From Nemertoderma westbladi (taxonomy: Eukaryota; Animalia; Xenacoelomorpha): a stretch of 64,000 nt of DNA. Positions 24,901 to 39,900 of the stretch are shown piece after piece. A program made the translations under genes and the position numbers. Numbering within the stretch: the first letter of the stretch is position 1; each line of letters begins with the position of its first letter. Location of the stretch: contig JAUCBJ010009147.1 in NCBI GenBank assembly GCA_032718475.1, forward strand, positions 1 to 64,000. The letters are read 5' to 3'. Below the pieces are notes generated by a model, which searched no databases, was not told the DNA's origin, and saw only the letters and a list, made by a program, of their open reading frames with translations.

Positions 24901-27900
24901 ATAAGAACTACTCCAGCCCAATAAGAACTACTCCAGTCCAATAAGAACTACTCCAGTCCAATAAGAACTACTCCAGCCCAATAAGAACTACTCCAGCCCA
25001 TTAAGAAAAACTCCTTCCCAATAAGAACTACTCCAGCCCAATAAGAACTACTCCAACCCAATAAGAACTACCCCAGCCCATTAAGAACTACTCCAGCCCA
25101 ATAAGAACTACTCCAGCCATTAAGAACTACTCTATCCCAATAAGAACTACTCCAACCCAATAAGAACTACTCCAGCCCAATAAGAACTACTCCAGCCCAA
25201 TCAGAACTACTCCAGCCCAATAAGAACTACTCCAGCCCAATAAGAACTACTCCAACCCAATAAGAACTACTCCAGCCCATTAAGAAATACTCCAGCCCAA
25301 TAAGAACTACTCCAACCCAATAAGAACTAATCAAGCCCAATAAGAACTACTCCAGCCCAATAAGAACTACTCCAGCCCAATAAGAACTACTCCATCCCAA
25401 TAAGAACTACTCCATCCTAATAAGAACTACTCCAACCCAATAAGAACTAATCCAGCCCAATAAGAACTACTCCAGCCCAATAAGAACTACTCCAGCCCAA
25501 TAAGAACTACTCCAGCCCTATAAGAACTACTCCAGCCCAATAAGAACTACTCCAGTCCATAAAGAACTACTCCAACCCAATAAGAACTAATCCATCCCAA
25601 TAAGAACTACTCCAGCCCAATATGAAGTACTCCATCCCAATAATAACTACTCCAACCCAATAAGAACTACTCCAGCCCAATAAGAACTACTCCAGCCCAA
25701 TAAGAACTACTCCAGCCCAATAAGAACTACTCCATCCCAATAAGAACTACTCCAACCCAAAAAGAACTAATCCAGCCCAATAAGAACTAATCCAGCCCAA
25801 TAAGAACTACTCCAGCCCAATAAGAACTACTCCAGCCCAATAAGAACTACTCCAGCCCTATAAGAACTACTCCAGCCCAATAAGAACTACTCCAGTCCAT
25901 AAAGAAAAAACTACTCCAACCCAATAAGAACTACTCCAGCCCATTGAGAACTACTCCAGCCCAATAAGAACTACTCCAGCCCAATAAGAACTACTGCAGC
26001 CCTATAAGAACTACTCCAGCCCAATAAGAACTACTCCAGTCCATAAAGAAAAAACTACTCCAACCCAATAAGAACTACTCCAACCCAATAAGAACTACTC
26101 CAGTCCATAAAGAAAAAACTTCTCCAACCCAATAAGAACTAATCCAGCCCAATAAGAACTACTCCAGCCCAATAAGAACTACTCCAGCCCAATAAGAACT
26201 ACTCCAGCCCTATAAGAACTACTCCAGCCCAATAAGAACTACTCCAGTCCATAAAGAAAAAACTACTCCAACCCAATAAGAACTACTCCAACCCAATAAG
26301 AACTACTCCAGCCCATTAAGAACTACTCCAGTCCAATAAGAACTACTCCAGCCCAATAAGAACTACTCCAACCCAATAAGAACTACTCCTTCCCAATAAG
26401 AACTACTCCATCCCATTAAGAACTACTCCAGCCCAATAAGAACTACTCCAGCCCAATAAGAACTACTCCAGCCCAATAAGAACTACTCCATCCCATTAAG
26501 AACTACTCCAGCCCATTAAGAACTACTCCAGCCCAATAAGAACTACTCCATCCCAATAAGAACTACTCCAACCCAATAAGAACTACTCCAGCCCAATAAG
26601 AACTACTCCATCCCAATAAGAACTACTCCAGCCCATTGAGAACTACTCCAGCCCAATAAGAACTACTCCAGCTCAATAAGAACTACTCCAGCCCAATAAG
26701 AACTACTCCAGCCCAATAAGAACTACTCCTTCCCATTAAGAACTACTTCATCCCATTAAGAACTACTCCAGTCCAATAAGAACTACTCCAGCCCGATAAG
26801 AACTACTCCAGCCCAATAAGAACTACTCCATCCCAATAAGAACTACTCCAGCCCATTAAGAACTACTCCAGCCCAATAAGAACTACTCCATCCCAATAAG
26901 AACTACTCCAACCCAATATGAACTAATCCAGCTCAATAAGAACTACTCCAGCCCATTAAGAACTACTCCATCCCAATAAGAACTACTCCATCCCAATAAG
27001 AACTACTCCAGCCCATTGAGAACTACTCCAGCCCAATAAGAACTACTCCAGCTCAATAAGAACTACTCCAGCCCAATAAGAACTACTCCAGCCCAATAAG
27101 AACTACTCCTTCCCAATAAGAACTACTCCATCCCATTAAGAACTACTCCAGCCCAATAAGAACTACTCCAGCCCAATAAGAACTACTCCATCCCAATAAG
27201 AACTACTCCAGCCCATTAAGAATTACTCCAGCCCAATTAGAACTACTCCATCCCAATAACAACTACTCCAGCCCAATAAGAACTACTCCATCCCAATAAG
27301 AACTACTCCAGCCCAATAAGAACTACTCCAGCCCAATAAGAACTACTCCAGCCCATTAAGAAAAAACAACTCCAGCCCTTTAAGAAAAAACTACTCCAGC
27401 CCAATAAGAACTACTCCATCCCAATAAGAACTACTCCAGCCCAATAAGAACTACTCCTTCCCAATAATAACTACTCCAGCCCAATAAGAACTACTCCATC
27501 CCAATAAGAACTACTCCATCCCAATAAGAACTACTCAATCCCAATAAGAACTACTCCATCCCAATAAGAACTACTCCATCCCAATAAGAACTACTCCAGC
27601 TCAATAAGAACTACTCCAGCCCAATAAGAACTACTCCAGTCCAATAAGAAAAAACTACTCCAGCCCAATAAGAACTACTCCTTCCCAATAAGAACTACTC
27701 CAGCCCAATAAGAACTACTCCAACCCTATAAGAACTAATCCATCCCAATAAGAACTACTCCAGCCCAATAAGAATTACTCCATCCCAATAAGAACTACTC
27801 CATCCCAATAAGAACTACTCCAACCCAATAAGAACTACTCCAGCCCAATAAGAACTAAGACTCCAGCCCAATAAGAACTACTCCAACCCAATAAGAACTA

Positions 27901-30900
27901 CTCCAGCCCAATAAGAACTACTCCAGCCCAATAAGAACTACTCCAACCCAATAAGAACTACTCCAGCCCAATAAGAACTACTCCTTCCCAATAAGAACTA
28001 CTCCAGCCCAATAAGAACTACTCCAACCCAATAAGAACTAATCCATCCCAATAAGAACTACTCCAGCCCAATATGAAGTACTCCATCCCAATAATAACTA
28101 CTCCAACCCAATAAGAACTACTCCAGCCCAATAAGAACTACTCCAGCCCAATAAGAACTACTCCAGCCCAATAAGAACTACTCCATCCCAATAAGAACTA
28201 CTCCATCCCAATAAGAACTACTCCATCCCAATAAGAACTACTCCAGCCCAATAAGAACTACTCCAGCCCAATAAGAACTAATCCAGCCCAATAAGAAGTA
28301 CTCCATCCCAATAAGAACTACTCCAGCCCAATAAGAACTATACTCCACCCCAATAAGAACTACTCCAGCCCAATAAGAACTACTCCAGCCCAATAAGAAC
28401 TAATCCAGCCCAATAAGAAGTACTCCATCCCAATAAGAACTACTCCAGCCCAATAAGAACTACTCCAGCCCAATAAGAACTAATCCAGCCCAATAAGAAG
28501 TACTCCATCCCAATAAGAACTACTCCAGCCCAATAAGAACTATACTCCACCCCAATAAGAACTACTCCAGCCCATTAAGAAAAAACTACTCCAGCCCAAT
28601 AAGAACTAATCCAGCCCAATAAGAACTACTCCATCCCAATAAGAACTACTCCAGCCCAATAAGAGCTACTCTAGCCCAATAAGAACTAATCCAGTCCATA
28701 AAGAAAAAACTACTCCAGCCCATTAAGAAAAAACTACTCCAGCCAAATAAGAACTACTCCTTCCCAATAAGAACTATTCCATCCCAATAAGAACTACTCC
28801 AGCCCAATAAGAACTACTCCATCCCAATAAGAACTACTCCATCCCAATAAGAACTACTCCAACCCAATAAGAACTAATCCAGCCCAATAAGAACTACTCC
28901 ATCCCAATAAGAACTACTCCATCCCATTAAGAACTACTCCATCCCAATAAGAACTACTCCATCCCAATAAGAACTACTCCATCCCAATAAGAACTACTCC
29001 AGTCCAATAAGAACTACTCCAGCCCAATAAGAACTACTCCAGCCCATTAAGAAAAACTACTCCAGCCCAATAAGAACTACTCCAGCCCAATAAGAACTAC
29101 TCCATCCCAATAAGAACTACTCCATCCCATTAAGAACTACTCCATCCCAATAAGAACTACTCCATCCCAATAAGAACTACTCCATCCCAATAAGAACTAC
29201 TCCAGTCCAATAAGAACTACTCCATCCCAATAAGAACTACTCCAGCCCATTAAGAAAAACTACTCCAGCCCAATAAGAACTACTCCTTCCCAATAAGAAC
29301 TACTCCAGCCCAATAAGAACTACTCCAGCCCAATAAGAACTACTCCAACCCAATAAGAACTATTCCATCCCAATAAGAACTACTCCAGCCCAATAAGAAC
29401 TACTCCATCCCAATAAGAACTACTCCATCCCAATAAGAACTACTCCAACCCAATAAGAACTAATCCAGCCCAATGAGAACTACTCCAGCCCAATAAGAAC
29501 TACTCCAGCCCAATAAGAACTACTCCAGCCCAATAAGAACTACTCCAGCCCAATAAGAACTACTCCAGCCCAATAAGAACTACTCTATCCCAATAAGAAC
29601 TACTCCAACCCAATAAGAACTAATCCAGCCCAATAAGAACTACTCCAGCCCAATCAGAACTACTCCAGCCCAATAAGAACTACTCCAACCCAATAAGAAC
29701 TACTCCAGCCCATTAAGAAATACTCCAGCCCAATAAGAACTACTCCAGCCCAATAAGAACTACTCCATCCCAATAAGAACTACTCCAACCCAATAAGAAC
29801 TACTCCAACCCAATAAGAACTACTCCATCCCAATAAGAACTACTCCAGCCCATTGAGAACTACTCCAGCTCAATAAGAACTACTCCAGCCCAATAAGAAC
29901 TACTCCAGCCCAATAAGAACTACTCCTTCCCAATAAGAACTACTCCAGCCCAATAAGAACTACTCCAGCCCAATAAGAACTACCCCAGCCCAATAAGAAC
30001 TACTCCAGCCCAATAAGAACTACAACATCCCAATAAGAACTACTCCACCCCAATAAGAACTACTCCAGTCCATAAAGAAAAAACTACTCCAACCCAATAA
30101 GAACTACTCCAGCCCATTGAGAACTACTCCAGCCCAATAAGAACTACTCCAGCCCAATAAGAACTACTGCAGCCCTATAAGAACTACTCCAGCCCAATAA
30201 GAACTACTCCAGTCCATAAAGAAAAAACTACTCCAACCCAATAAGAACTACTCCAACCCAATAAGAACTACTCCAGTCCATAAAGAAAAAACTTCTCCAA
30301 CCCAATAAGAACTAATCCAGCCCAATAAGAACTACTCCAGCCCAATAAGAACTACTCCAGCCCAATAAGAACTACTCCAGCCCTATAAGAACTACTCCAG
30401 CCCAATAAGAACTACTCCAGTCCATAAAGAAAAAACTACTCCAACCCAATAAGAACTACTCCAACCCAATAAGAACTACTCCATCCCAATAAGAACTACT
30501 CCAACCCAATAAGAACTACTCCAGCCCAATAAGAACTACTCCATCCCAATAAGAACTACTCCAGCCCATTGAGAACTACTCCAGCCCAATAAGAACTACT
30601 CCAGCTCAATAAGAACTACTCCAGCCCAATAAGAACTACTCCTTCCCAATAAGAACTACTCCAGCCCATTAAGAACTACTCCAGCCCAATAAGAACTACT
30701 CCATCCCAATAAGAACTACTCCAACCCAATATGAACTAATCCAGCTCAATAAGAACTACTCCAGCCCATTAAGAACTACTCCATCCCAATAAGAACTACT
30801 CCATCCCAATAAGAACTACTCCAGCCCATTGAGAACTACTCCAGCCCAATAAGAACTACTCCAGCTCAATAAGAACTACTCCAGCCCAATAAGAACTACT

Positions 30901-33900
30901 CCAGCCCAATAAGAACTACTCCTTCCCAATAAGAACTACTCCATCCCATTAAGAACTACTCCAGCCCAATAAGAACTACTCCAGCCCAATAAGAACTACT
31001 CCATCCCAATAAGAACTACTCCAGCCCATTAAGAACTACTCCAGCCCAATAAGAACTACTCCATCCCAATAACAACTACTCCAGCCCAATAAGAACTACT
31101 CCATCCCAATAAGAACTACTCCAGCCCAATAAGAACTACTCCAGCCCAATAAGAACTACTCCAGCCCATTAAGAAAAAACAACTCCAGCCCTTTAAGAAA
31201 AAACTACTCCAGCCCAATAAGAACTACTCCATCCCAATAAGAACTACTCCAGCCCAATAAGAACTACTCCTTCCCAATAATAACTACTCCAGCCCAATAA
31301 GAACTACTCCATCCCAATAAGAACTACTCCATCCCAATAAGAACTACTCAATCCCAATAAGAACTACTCCATCCCAATAAGAACTACTCCATCCCAATAA
31401 GAACTACTCCAGCTCAATAAGAACTACTCCAGCCCAATAAGAACTACTCCAGTCCAATAAGAAAAAACTACTCCAGCCCAATAAGAACTACTCCTTCCCA
31501 ATAAGAACTACTCCAGCCCATTGAGAACTACTCCAGCCCAATAAGAACTACTCCAGCTCAATAAGAACTACTCCAGCCCAATAAGAACTACTCCAGCCCA
31601 ATAAGAACTACTCCTTCCCAATAAGAACTACTCCATCCCATTAAGAACTACTCCAGCCCAATAAGAACTACTCCAGCCCAATAAGAACTACTCCATCCCA
31701 ATAAGAACTACTCCAGCCCATTAAGAATTACTCCAGCCCAATTAGAACTACTCCATCCCAATAACAACTACTCCAGCCCAATAAGAACTACTCCATCCCA
31801 ATAAGAACTACTCCAGCCCAATAAGAACTACTCCAGCCCAATAAGAACTACTCCAGCCCATTAAGAAAAAACAACTCCAGCCCTTTAAGAAAAAACTACT
31901 CCAGCCCAATAAGAACTACTCCATCCCAATAAGAACTACTCCAGCCCAATAAGAACTACTCCTTCCCAATAATAACTACTCCAGCCCAATAAGAACTACT
32001 CCATCCCAATAAGAACTACTCCATCCCAATAAGAACTACTCAATCCCAATAAGAACTACTCCATCCCAATAAGAACTACTCCATCCCAATAAGAACTACT
32101 CCAGCTCAATAAGAACTACTCCAGCCCAATAAGAACTACTCCAGTCCAATAAGAAAAAACTACTCCAGCCCAATAAGAACTACTCCTTCCCAATAAGAAC
32201 TACTCCAGCCCAATAAGAACTACTCCAACCCTATAAGAACTAATCCATCCCAATAAGAACTACTCCAGCCCAATAAGAATTACTCCATCCCAATAAGAAC
32301 TACTCCATCCCAATAAGAACTACTCCAACCCAATAAGAACTACTCCAGCCCAATAAGAACTAAGACTCCAGCCCAATAAGAACTACTCCAACCCAATAAG
32401 AACTACTCCAGCCCAATAAGAACTACTCCAGCCCAATAAGAACTACTCCAACCCAATAAGAACTACTCCAGCCCAATAAGAACTACTCCTTCCCAATAAG
32501 AACTACTCCAGCCCAATAAGAACTACTCCAACCCAATAAGAACTAATCCATCCCAATAAGAACTACTCCAGCCCAATATGAAGTACTCCATCCCAATAAT
32601 AACTACTCCAACCCAATAAGAACTACTCCAGCCCAATAAGAACTACTCCAGCCCAATAAGAACTACTCCAGCCCAATAAGAACTACTCCATCCCAATAAG
32701 AACTACTCCATCCCAATAAGAACTACTCCATCCCAATAAGAACTACTCCAGCCCAATAAGAACTACTCCAGCCCAATAAGAACTAATCCAGCCCAATAAG
32801 AAGTACTCCATCCCAATAAGAACTACTCCAGCCCAATAAGAACTATACTCCACCCCAATAAGAACTACTCCAGCCCAATAAGAACTACTCCAGCCCAATA
32901 AGAACTAATCCAGCCCAATAAGAAGTACTCCATCCCAATAAGAACTACTCCAGCCCAATAAGAACTACTCCAGCCCAATAAGAACTAATCCAGCCCAATA
33001 AGAAGTACTCCATCCCAATAAGAACTACTCCATCCCAATAAGAACTACTCCATCCCAATAAGAACTACTCCAACCCAATAAGAACTAATCCAGCCCAATG
33101 AGAACTACTCCAGCCCAATAAGAACTACTCCAGCCCAATAAGAACTACTCCAGCCCAATAAGAACTACTCCAGCCCAATAAGAACTACTCCAGCCCAATA
33201 AGAACTACTCTATCCCAATAAGAACTACTCCAACCCAATAAGAAATAATCCAGCCCAATAAGAACTACTCCAGCCCAATCAGAACTACTCCAGCCCAATA
33301 AGAACTACTCCAGCCCAATAAGAACTACTCCAACCCAATAAGAACTACTCCAGCCCATTAAGAAATACTCCAGCCCAATAAGAACTACTCCAGCCCAATA
33401 AGAACTACTCCATCCCAATAAGAACTACTCCAACCCAATAAGAACTACTCCAACCCAATAAGAACTAATCAAGCCCAATAAGAACTACTCCAGCCCAATA
33501 AGAACTACTCCAGCCCAATAAGAACTACTCCATCCCAATAAGAACTACTCCATCCCAATAAGAACTACTCCAACCCAATAAGAACTAATCCAGCCTAATA
33601 AGAACTACTCCAACCCAATAAGAACTACTCCAACCCAATAAGAACTAATCAAGCCCAATAAGAACTACTCCAGCCCAATAAGAACTACTCCAGCCCAATA
33701 AGAACTACTCCATCCCAATAAGAACTACTCCATCCCAATAAGAACTACTCCAACCCAATAAGAACTAATCCAGCCCAATAAGAACTACTCCAGCCCAATA
33801 AGAACTACTCCAGCCCAATAAGAACTACTCCAGCCCAATAAGAACTACTCCAGCCCAATAAGAACTACTCCATCCCAATAAGAACTACTCCATCCCAATA

Positions 33901-36900
33901 AGAACTACTCCAACCCAATAAGAACTAATCCAGCCCAATAAGAACTACTCCAGCCCAATAAGAACTACTCCAGCCCAATAAGAACTACTCCAGCCCAATA
34001 AGAACTACTCCAGCCCAATAAGAACTACTCCAGCCCAATAAGAACTACTCCATCCCAATAAGAACTACTCCATCCCAATAAGAACTACTCCATCCCAATA
34101 AGAACTACTCCAACCCAATAAGAACTACTCCAACCCAATAAGAACTAATCAAGCCCAATAAAAACTACTCCAGCCCAATAAGAACTACTCCAGCCCAATA
34201 AGAACTACTCCATCCCAATAAGAACTACTCCATCCCAATAAGAACTACTCCAACCCAATAAGAACTAATCCAGCCCAATAAGAACTACTCCAGCCCAATA
34301 AGAACTACTCCAGCCCAATAAGAACTACTCCAGCCCAATAAGAACTACTCCAGCCCAATAAGAACTACTCCAGCCCAATAAGAACTACCCCAGCCCAATA
34401 AGAACTACTCCAGCCCAATAAGAACTACAACATCCCAATAAGAACTACTCCACCCCAATAAGAACTACATCCAGCCCAATAAGAACTACTCCAGCCCAAT
34501 AAGAACTAATCCAGCCCAATAAGAACTACTCCAGCCCAATAAGAACTACTCCAGCCCAATAAGAACTACTCCAGCCCTATAAGAACTACTCCAGCCCAAT
34601 AAGAACTACTCCATCCCAATAAGAACTACTCCATCCCAATAAGAACTACTCCAGCCCAATAAGAACTACTCCAGCCCATTAAGAAAAACTACTCCAGCCC
34701 AATAAGAACTACTCCTTCCCAATAAGAACTACTCCAGCCCATTAAGAACTACTCCAGCCCAATAAGAACTACTCCAACCCAATAAGAACTATTCCATCCC
34801 AATAAGAACTACTCCAGCCCAATAAGAACTACTCCATCCCAATAAGAACTACTACATCCCAATAAGAACTACTCCAACCCAATAAGAACTAATCCAGCCC
34901 AATGAGAACTACTCCAGCCCAATAAGAACTACTCCATCCCAATAAGAACTACTCCAACCCAATAAGAACTACTCCAGCCCAATAAGAACTACTCCATCCC
35001 AATAAGAACTACTCCAGCCCATTGAGAACTACTCCAGCCCAATAAGAACTACTCCAGCTCAATAAGAACTACTCCAGCCCAATAAGAACTACTCCTTCCC
35101 AATAAGAACTACTCCAGCCCATTAAGAACTACTCCAGCCCAATAAGAACTACTCCATCCCAATAAGAACTACTCCAACCCAATATGAACTAATCCAGCTC
35201 AATAAGAACTACTCCAGCCCATTAAGAACTACTCCATCCCAATAAGAACTACTCCATCCCAATAAGAACTACTCCAGCCCATTGAGAACTACTCCAGCCC
35301 AATAAGAACTACTCCAGCTCAATAAGAACTACTCCAGCCCAATAAGAACTACTCCAGCCCAATAAGAACTACTCCTTCCCAATAAGAACTACTCCATCCC
35401 ATTAAGAACTACTCCAGCCCAATAAGAACTACTCCAGCCCAATAAGAACTACTCCATCCCAATAAGAACTACTCCAGCCCATTAAGAACTACTCCAGCCC
35501 AATAAGAACTACTCCATCCCAATAACAACTACTCCAGCCCAATAAGAACTACTCCATCCCAATAAGAACTACTCCAGCCCAATAAGAACTACTCCAGCCC
35601 AATAAGAACTACTCCAGCCCATTAAGAAAAAACAACTCCAGCCCTTTAAGAAAAAACTACTCCAGCCCAATAAGAACTACTCCATCCCAATAAGAACTAC
35701 TCCAGCCCAATAAGAACTACTCCTTCCCAATAATAACTACTCCAGCCCAATAAGAACTACTCCATCCCAATAAGAACTACTCCATCCCAATAAGAACTAC
35801 TCAATCCCAATAAGAACTACTCCATCCCAATAAGAACTACTCCATCCCAATAAGAACTACTCCAGCTCAATAAGAACTACTCCAGCCCAATAAGAACTAC
35901 TCCAGTCCAATAAGAAAAAACTACTCCAGCCCAATAAGAACTACTCCTTCCCAATAAGAACTACTCCAGCCCATTGAGAACTACTCCAGCCCAATAAGAA
36001 CTACTCCAGCTCAATAAGAACTACTCCAGCCCAATAAGAACTACTCCAGCCCAATAAGAACTACTCCTTCCCAATAAGAACTACTCCATCCCATTAAGAA
36101 CTACTCCAGCCCAATAAGAACTACTCCAGCCCAATAAGAACTACTCCATCCCAATAAGAACTACTCCAGCCCATTAAGAATTACTCCAGCCCAATTAGAA
36201 CTACTCCATCCCAATAACAACTACTCCAGCCCAATAAGAACTACTCCATCCCAATAAGAACTACTCCAGCCCAATAAGAACTACTCCAGCCCAATAAGAA
36301 CTACTCCAGCCCATTAAGAAAAAACAACTCCAGCCCTTTAAGAAAAAACTACTCCAGCCCAATAAGAACTACTCCATCCCAATAAGAACTACTCCAGCCC
36401 AATAAGAACTACTCCTTCCCAATAATAACTACTCCAGCCCAATAAGAACTACTCCATCCCAATAAGAACTACTCCATCCCAATAAGAACTACTCAATCCC
36501 AATAAGAACTACTCCATCCCAATAAGAACTACTCCATCCCAATAAGAACTACTCCAGCTCAATAAGAACTACTCCAGCCCAATAAGAACTACTCCAGTCC
36601 AATAAGAAAAAACTACTCCAGCCCAATAAGAACTACTCCTTCCCAATAAGAACTACTCCAGCCCAATAAGAACTACTCCAACCCTATAAGAACTAATCCA
36701 TCCCAATAAGAACTACTCCAGCCCAATAAGAATTACTCCATCCCAATAAGAACTACTCCATCCCAATAAGAACTACTCCAACCCAATAAGAACTACTCCA
36801 GCCCAATAAGAACTAAGACTCCAGCCCAATAAGAACTACTCCAACCCAATAAGAACTACTCCAGCCCAATAAGAACTACTCCAGCCCAATAAGAACTACT

Positions 36901-39900
36901 CCAACCCAATAAGAACTACTCCAGCCCAATAAGAACTACTCCTTCCCAATAAGAACTACTCCAGCCCAATAAGAACTACTCCAACCCAATAAGAACTAAT
37001 CCATCCCAATAAGAACTACTCCAGCCCAATATGAAGTACTCCATCCCAATAATAACTACTCCAACCCAATAAGAACTACTCCAGCCCAATAAGAACTACT
37101 CCAGCCCAATAAGAACTACTCCAGCCCAATAAGAACTACTCCATCCCAATAAGAACTACTCCATCCCAATAAGAACTACTCCATCCCAATAAGAACTACT
37201 CCAGCCCAATAAGAACTACTCCAGCCCAATAAGAACTAATCCAGCCCAATAAGAAGTACTCCATCCCAATAAGAACTACTCCAGCCCAATAAGAACTATA
37301 CTCCACCCCAATAAGAACTACTCCAGCCCAATAAGAACTACTCCAGCCCAATAAGAACTAATCCAGCCCAATAAGAAGTACTCCATCCCAATAAGAACTA
37401 CTCCAGCCCAATAAGAACTACTCCAGCCCAATAAGAACTAATCCAGCCCAATAAGAAGTACTCCATCCCAATAAGAACTACTCCATCCCAATAAGAACTA
37501 CTCCATCCCAATAAGAACTACTCCAACCCAATAAGAACTAATCCAGCCCAATGAGAACTACTCCAGCCCAATAAGAACTACTCCAGCCCAATAAGAACTA
37601 CTCCAGCCCAATAAGAACTACTCCAGCCCAATAAGAACTACTCCAGCCCAATAAGAACTACTCTATCCCAATAAGAACTACTCCAACCCAATAAGAAATA
37701 ATCCAGCCCAATAAGAACTACTCCAGCCCAATCAGAACTACTCCAGCCCAATAAGAACTACTCCAGCCCAATAAGAACTACTCCAACCCAATAAGAACTA
37801 CTCCAGCCCATTAAGAAATACTCCAGCCCAATAAGAACTACTCCAGCCCAATAAGAACTACTCCATCCCAATAAGAACTACTCCAACCCAATAAGAACTA
37901 CTCCAACCCAATAAGAACTAATCAAGCCCAATAAGAACTACTCCAGCCCAATAAGAACTACTCCAGCCCAATAAGAACTACTCCATCCCAATAAGAACTA
38001 CTCCATCCCAATAAGAACTACTCCAACCCAATAAGAACTAATCCAGCCTAATAAGAACTACTCCAACCCAATAAGAACTACTCCAACCCAATAAGAACTA
38101 ATCAAGCCCAATAAGAACTACTCCAGCCCAATAAGAACTACTCCAGCCCAATAAGAACTACTCCATCCCAATAAGAACTACTCCATCCCAATAAGAACTA
38201 CTCCAACCCAATAAGAACTAATCCAGCCCAATAAGAACTACTCCAGCCCAATAAGAACTACTCCAGCCCAATAAGAACTACTCCAGCCCAATAAGAACTA
38301 CTCCAGCCCAATAAGAACTACTCCATCCCAATAAGAACTACTCCATCCCAATAAGAACTACTCCAACCCAATAAGAACTAATCCAGCCCAATAAGAACTA
38401 CTCCAGCCCAATAAGAACTACTCCAGCCCAATAAGAACTACTCCAGCCCAATAAGAACTACTCCAGCCCAATAAGAACTACTCCAGCCCAATAAGAACTA
38501 CTCCATCCCAATAAGAACTACTCCATCCCAATAAGAACTACTCCATCCCAATAAGAACTACTCCAACCCAATAAGAACTACTCCAACCCAATAAGAACTA
38601 ATCAAGCCCAATAAAAACTACTCCAGCCCAATAAGAACTACTCCAGCCCAATAAGAACTACTCCATCCCAATAAGAACTACTCCATCCCAATAAGAACTA
38701 CTCCAACCCAATAAGAACTAATCCAGCCCAATAAGAACTACTCCAGCCCAATAAGAACTACTCCAGCCCAATAAGAACTACTCCAGCCCAATAAGAACTA
38801 CTCCAGCCCAATAAGAACTACTCCAGCCCAATAAGAACTACCCCAGCCCAATAAGAACTACTCCAGCCCAATAAGAACTACAACATCCCAATAAGAACTA
38901 CTCCACCCAATAAGAACTACTCCACCCAAAAGAACTAATCCAGCCCAATAAGAACTACTCCAGCCCAATAAGAACTAATCCAGCCCAATAAGAACTACTC
39001 CAGCCCAATAAGAACTACTCCAGCCCAATAAGAACTACTCCAGCCCTATAAGAACTACTCCAGCCCAATAAGAACTACTCCATCCCAATAAGAACTACTC
39101 CATCCCAATAAGAACTACTCCAGCCCAATAAGAACTACTCCAGCCCATTAAGAAAAACTACTCCAGCCCAATAAGAACTACTCCTTCCCAATAAGAACTA
39201 CTCCAGCCCATTAAGAACTACTCCAGCCCAATAAGAACTACTCCAGCCCAATAAGAACTACTCCATCCCAATAAGAACTACTCCAGCCCAATAAGAACTA
39301 CTCCATCCCAATAAGAACTACTACATCCCAATAAGAACTACTCCAACCCAATAAGAACTAATCCAGCCCAATGAGAACTACTCCAGCCCAATAAGAACTA
39401 CTCCATCCCAATAAGAACTACTCCAACCCAATAAGAACTACTCCAGCCCAATAAGAACTACTCCATCCCAATAAGAACTACTCCAGCCCATTGAGAACTA
39501 CTCCAGCCCAATAAGAACTACTCCAGCTCAATAAGAACTACTCCAGCCCAATAAGAACTACTCCTTCCCAATAAGAACTACTCCAGCCCATTAAGAACTA
39601 CTCCAGCCCAATAAGAACTACTCCATCCCAATAAGAACTACTCCAACCCAATATGAACTAATCCAGCTCAATAAGAACTACTCCAGCCCATTAAGAACTA
39701 CTCCATCCCAATAAGAACTACTCCATCCCAATAAGAACTACTCCAGCCCATTGAGAACTACTCCAGCCCAATAAGAACTACTCCAGCTCAATAAGAACTA
39801 CTCCAGCCCAATAAGAACTACTCCAGCCCAATAAGAACTACTCCTTCCCAATAAGAACTACTCCATCCCATTAAGAACTACTCCAGCCCAATAAGAACTA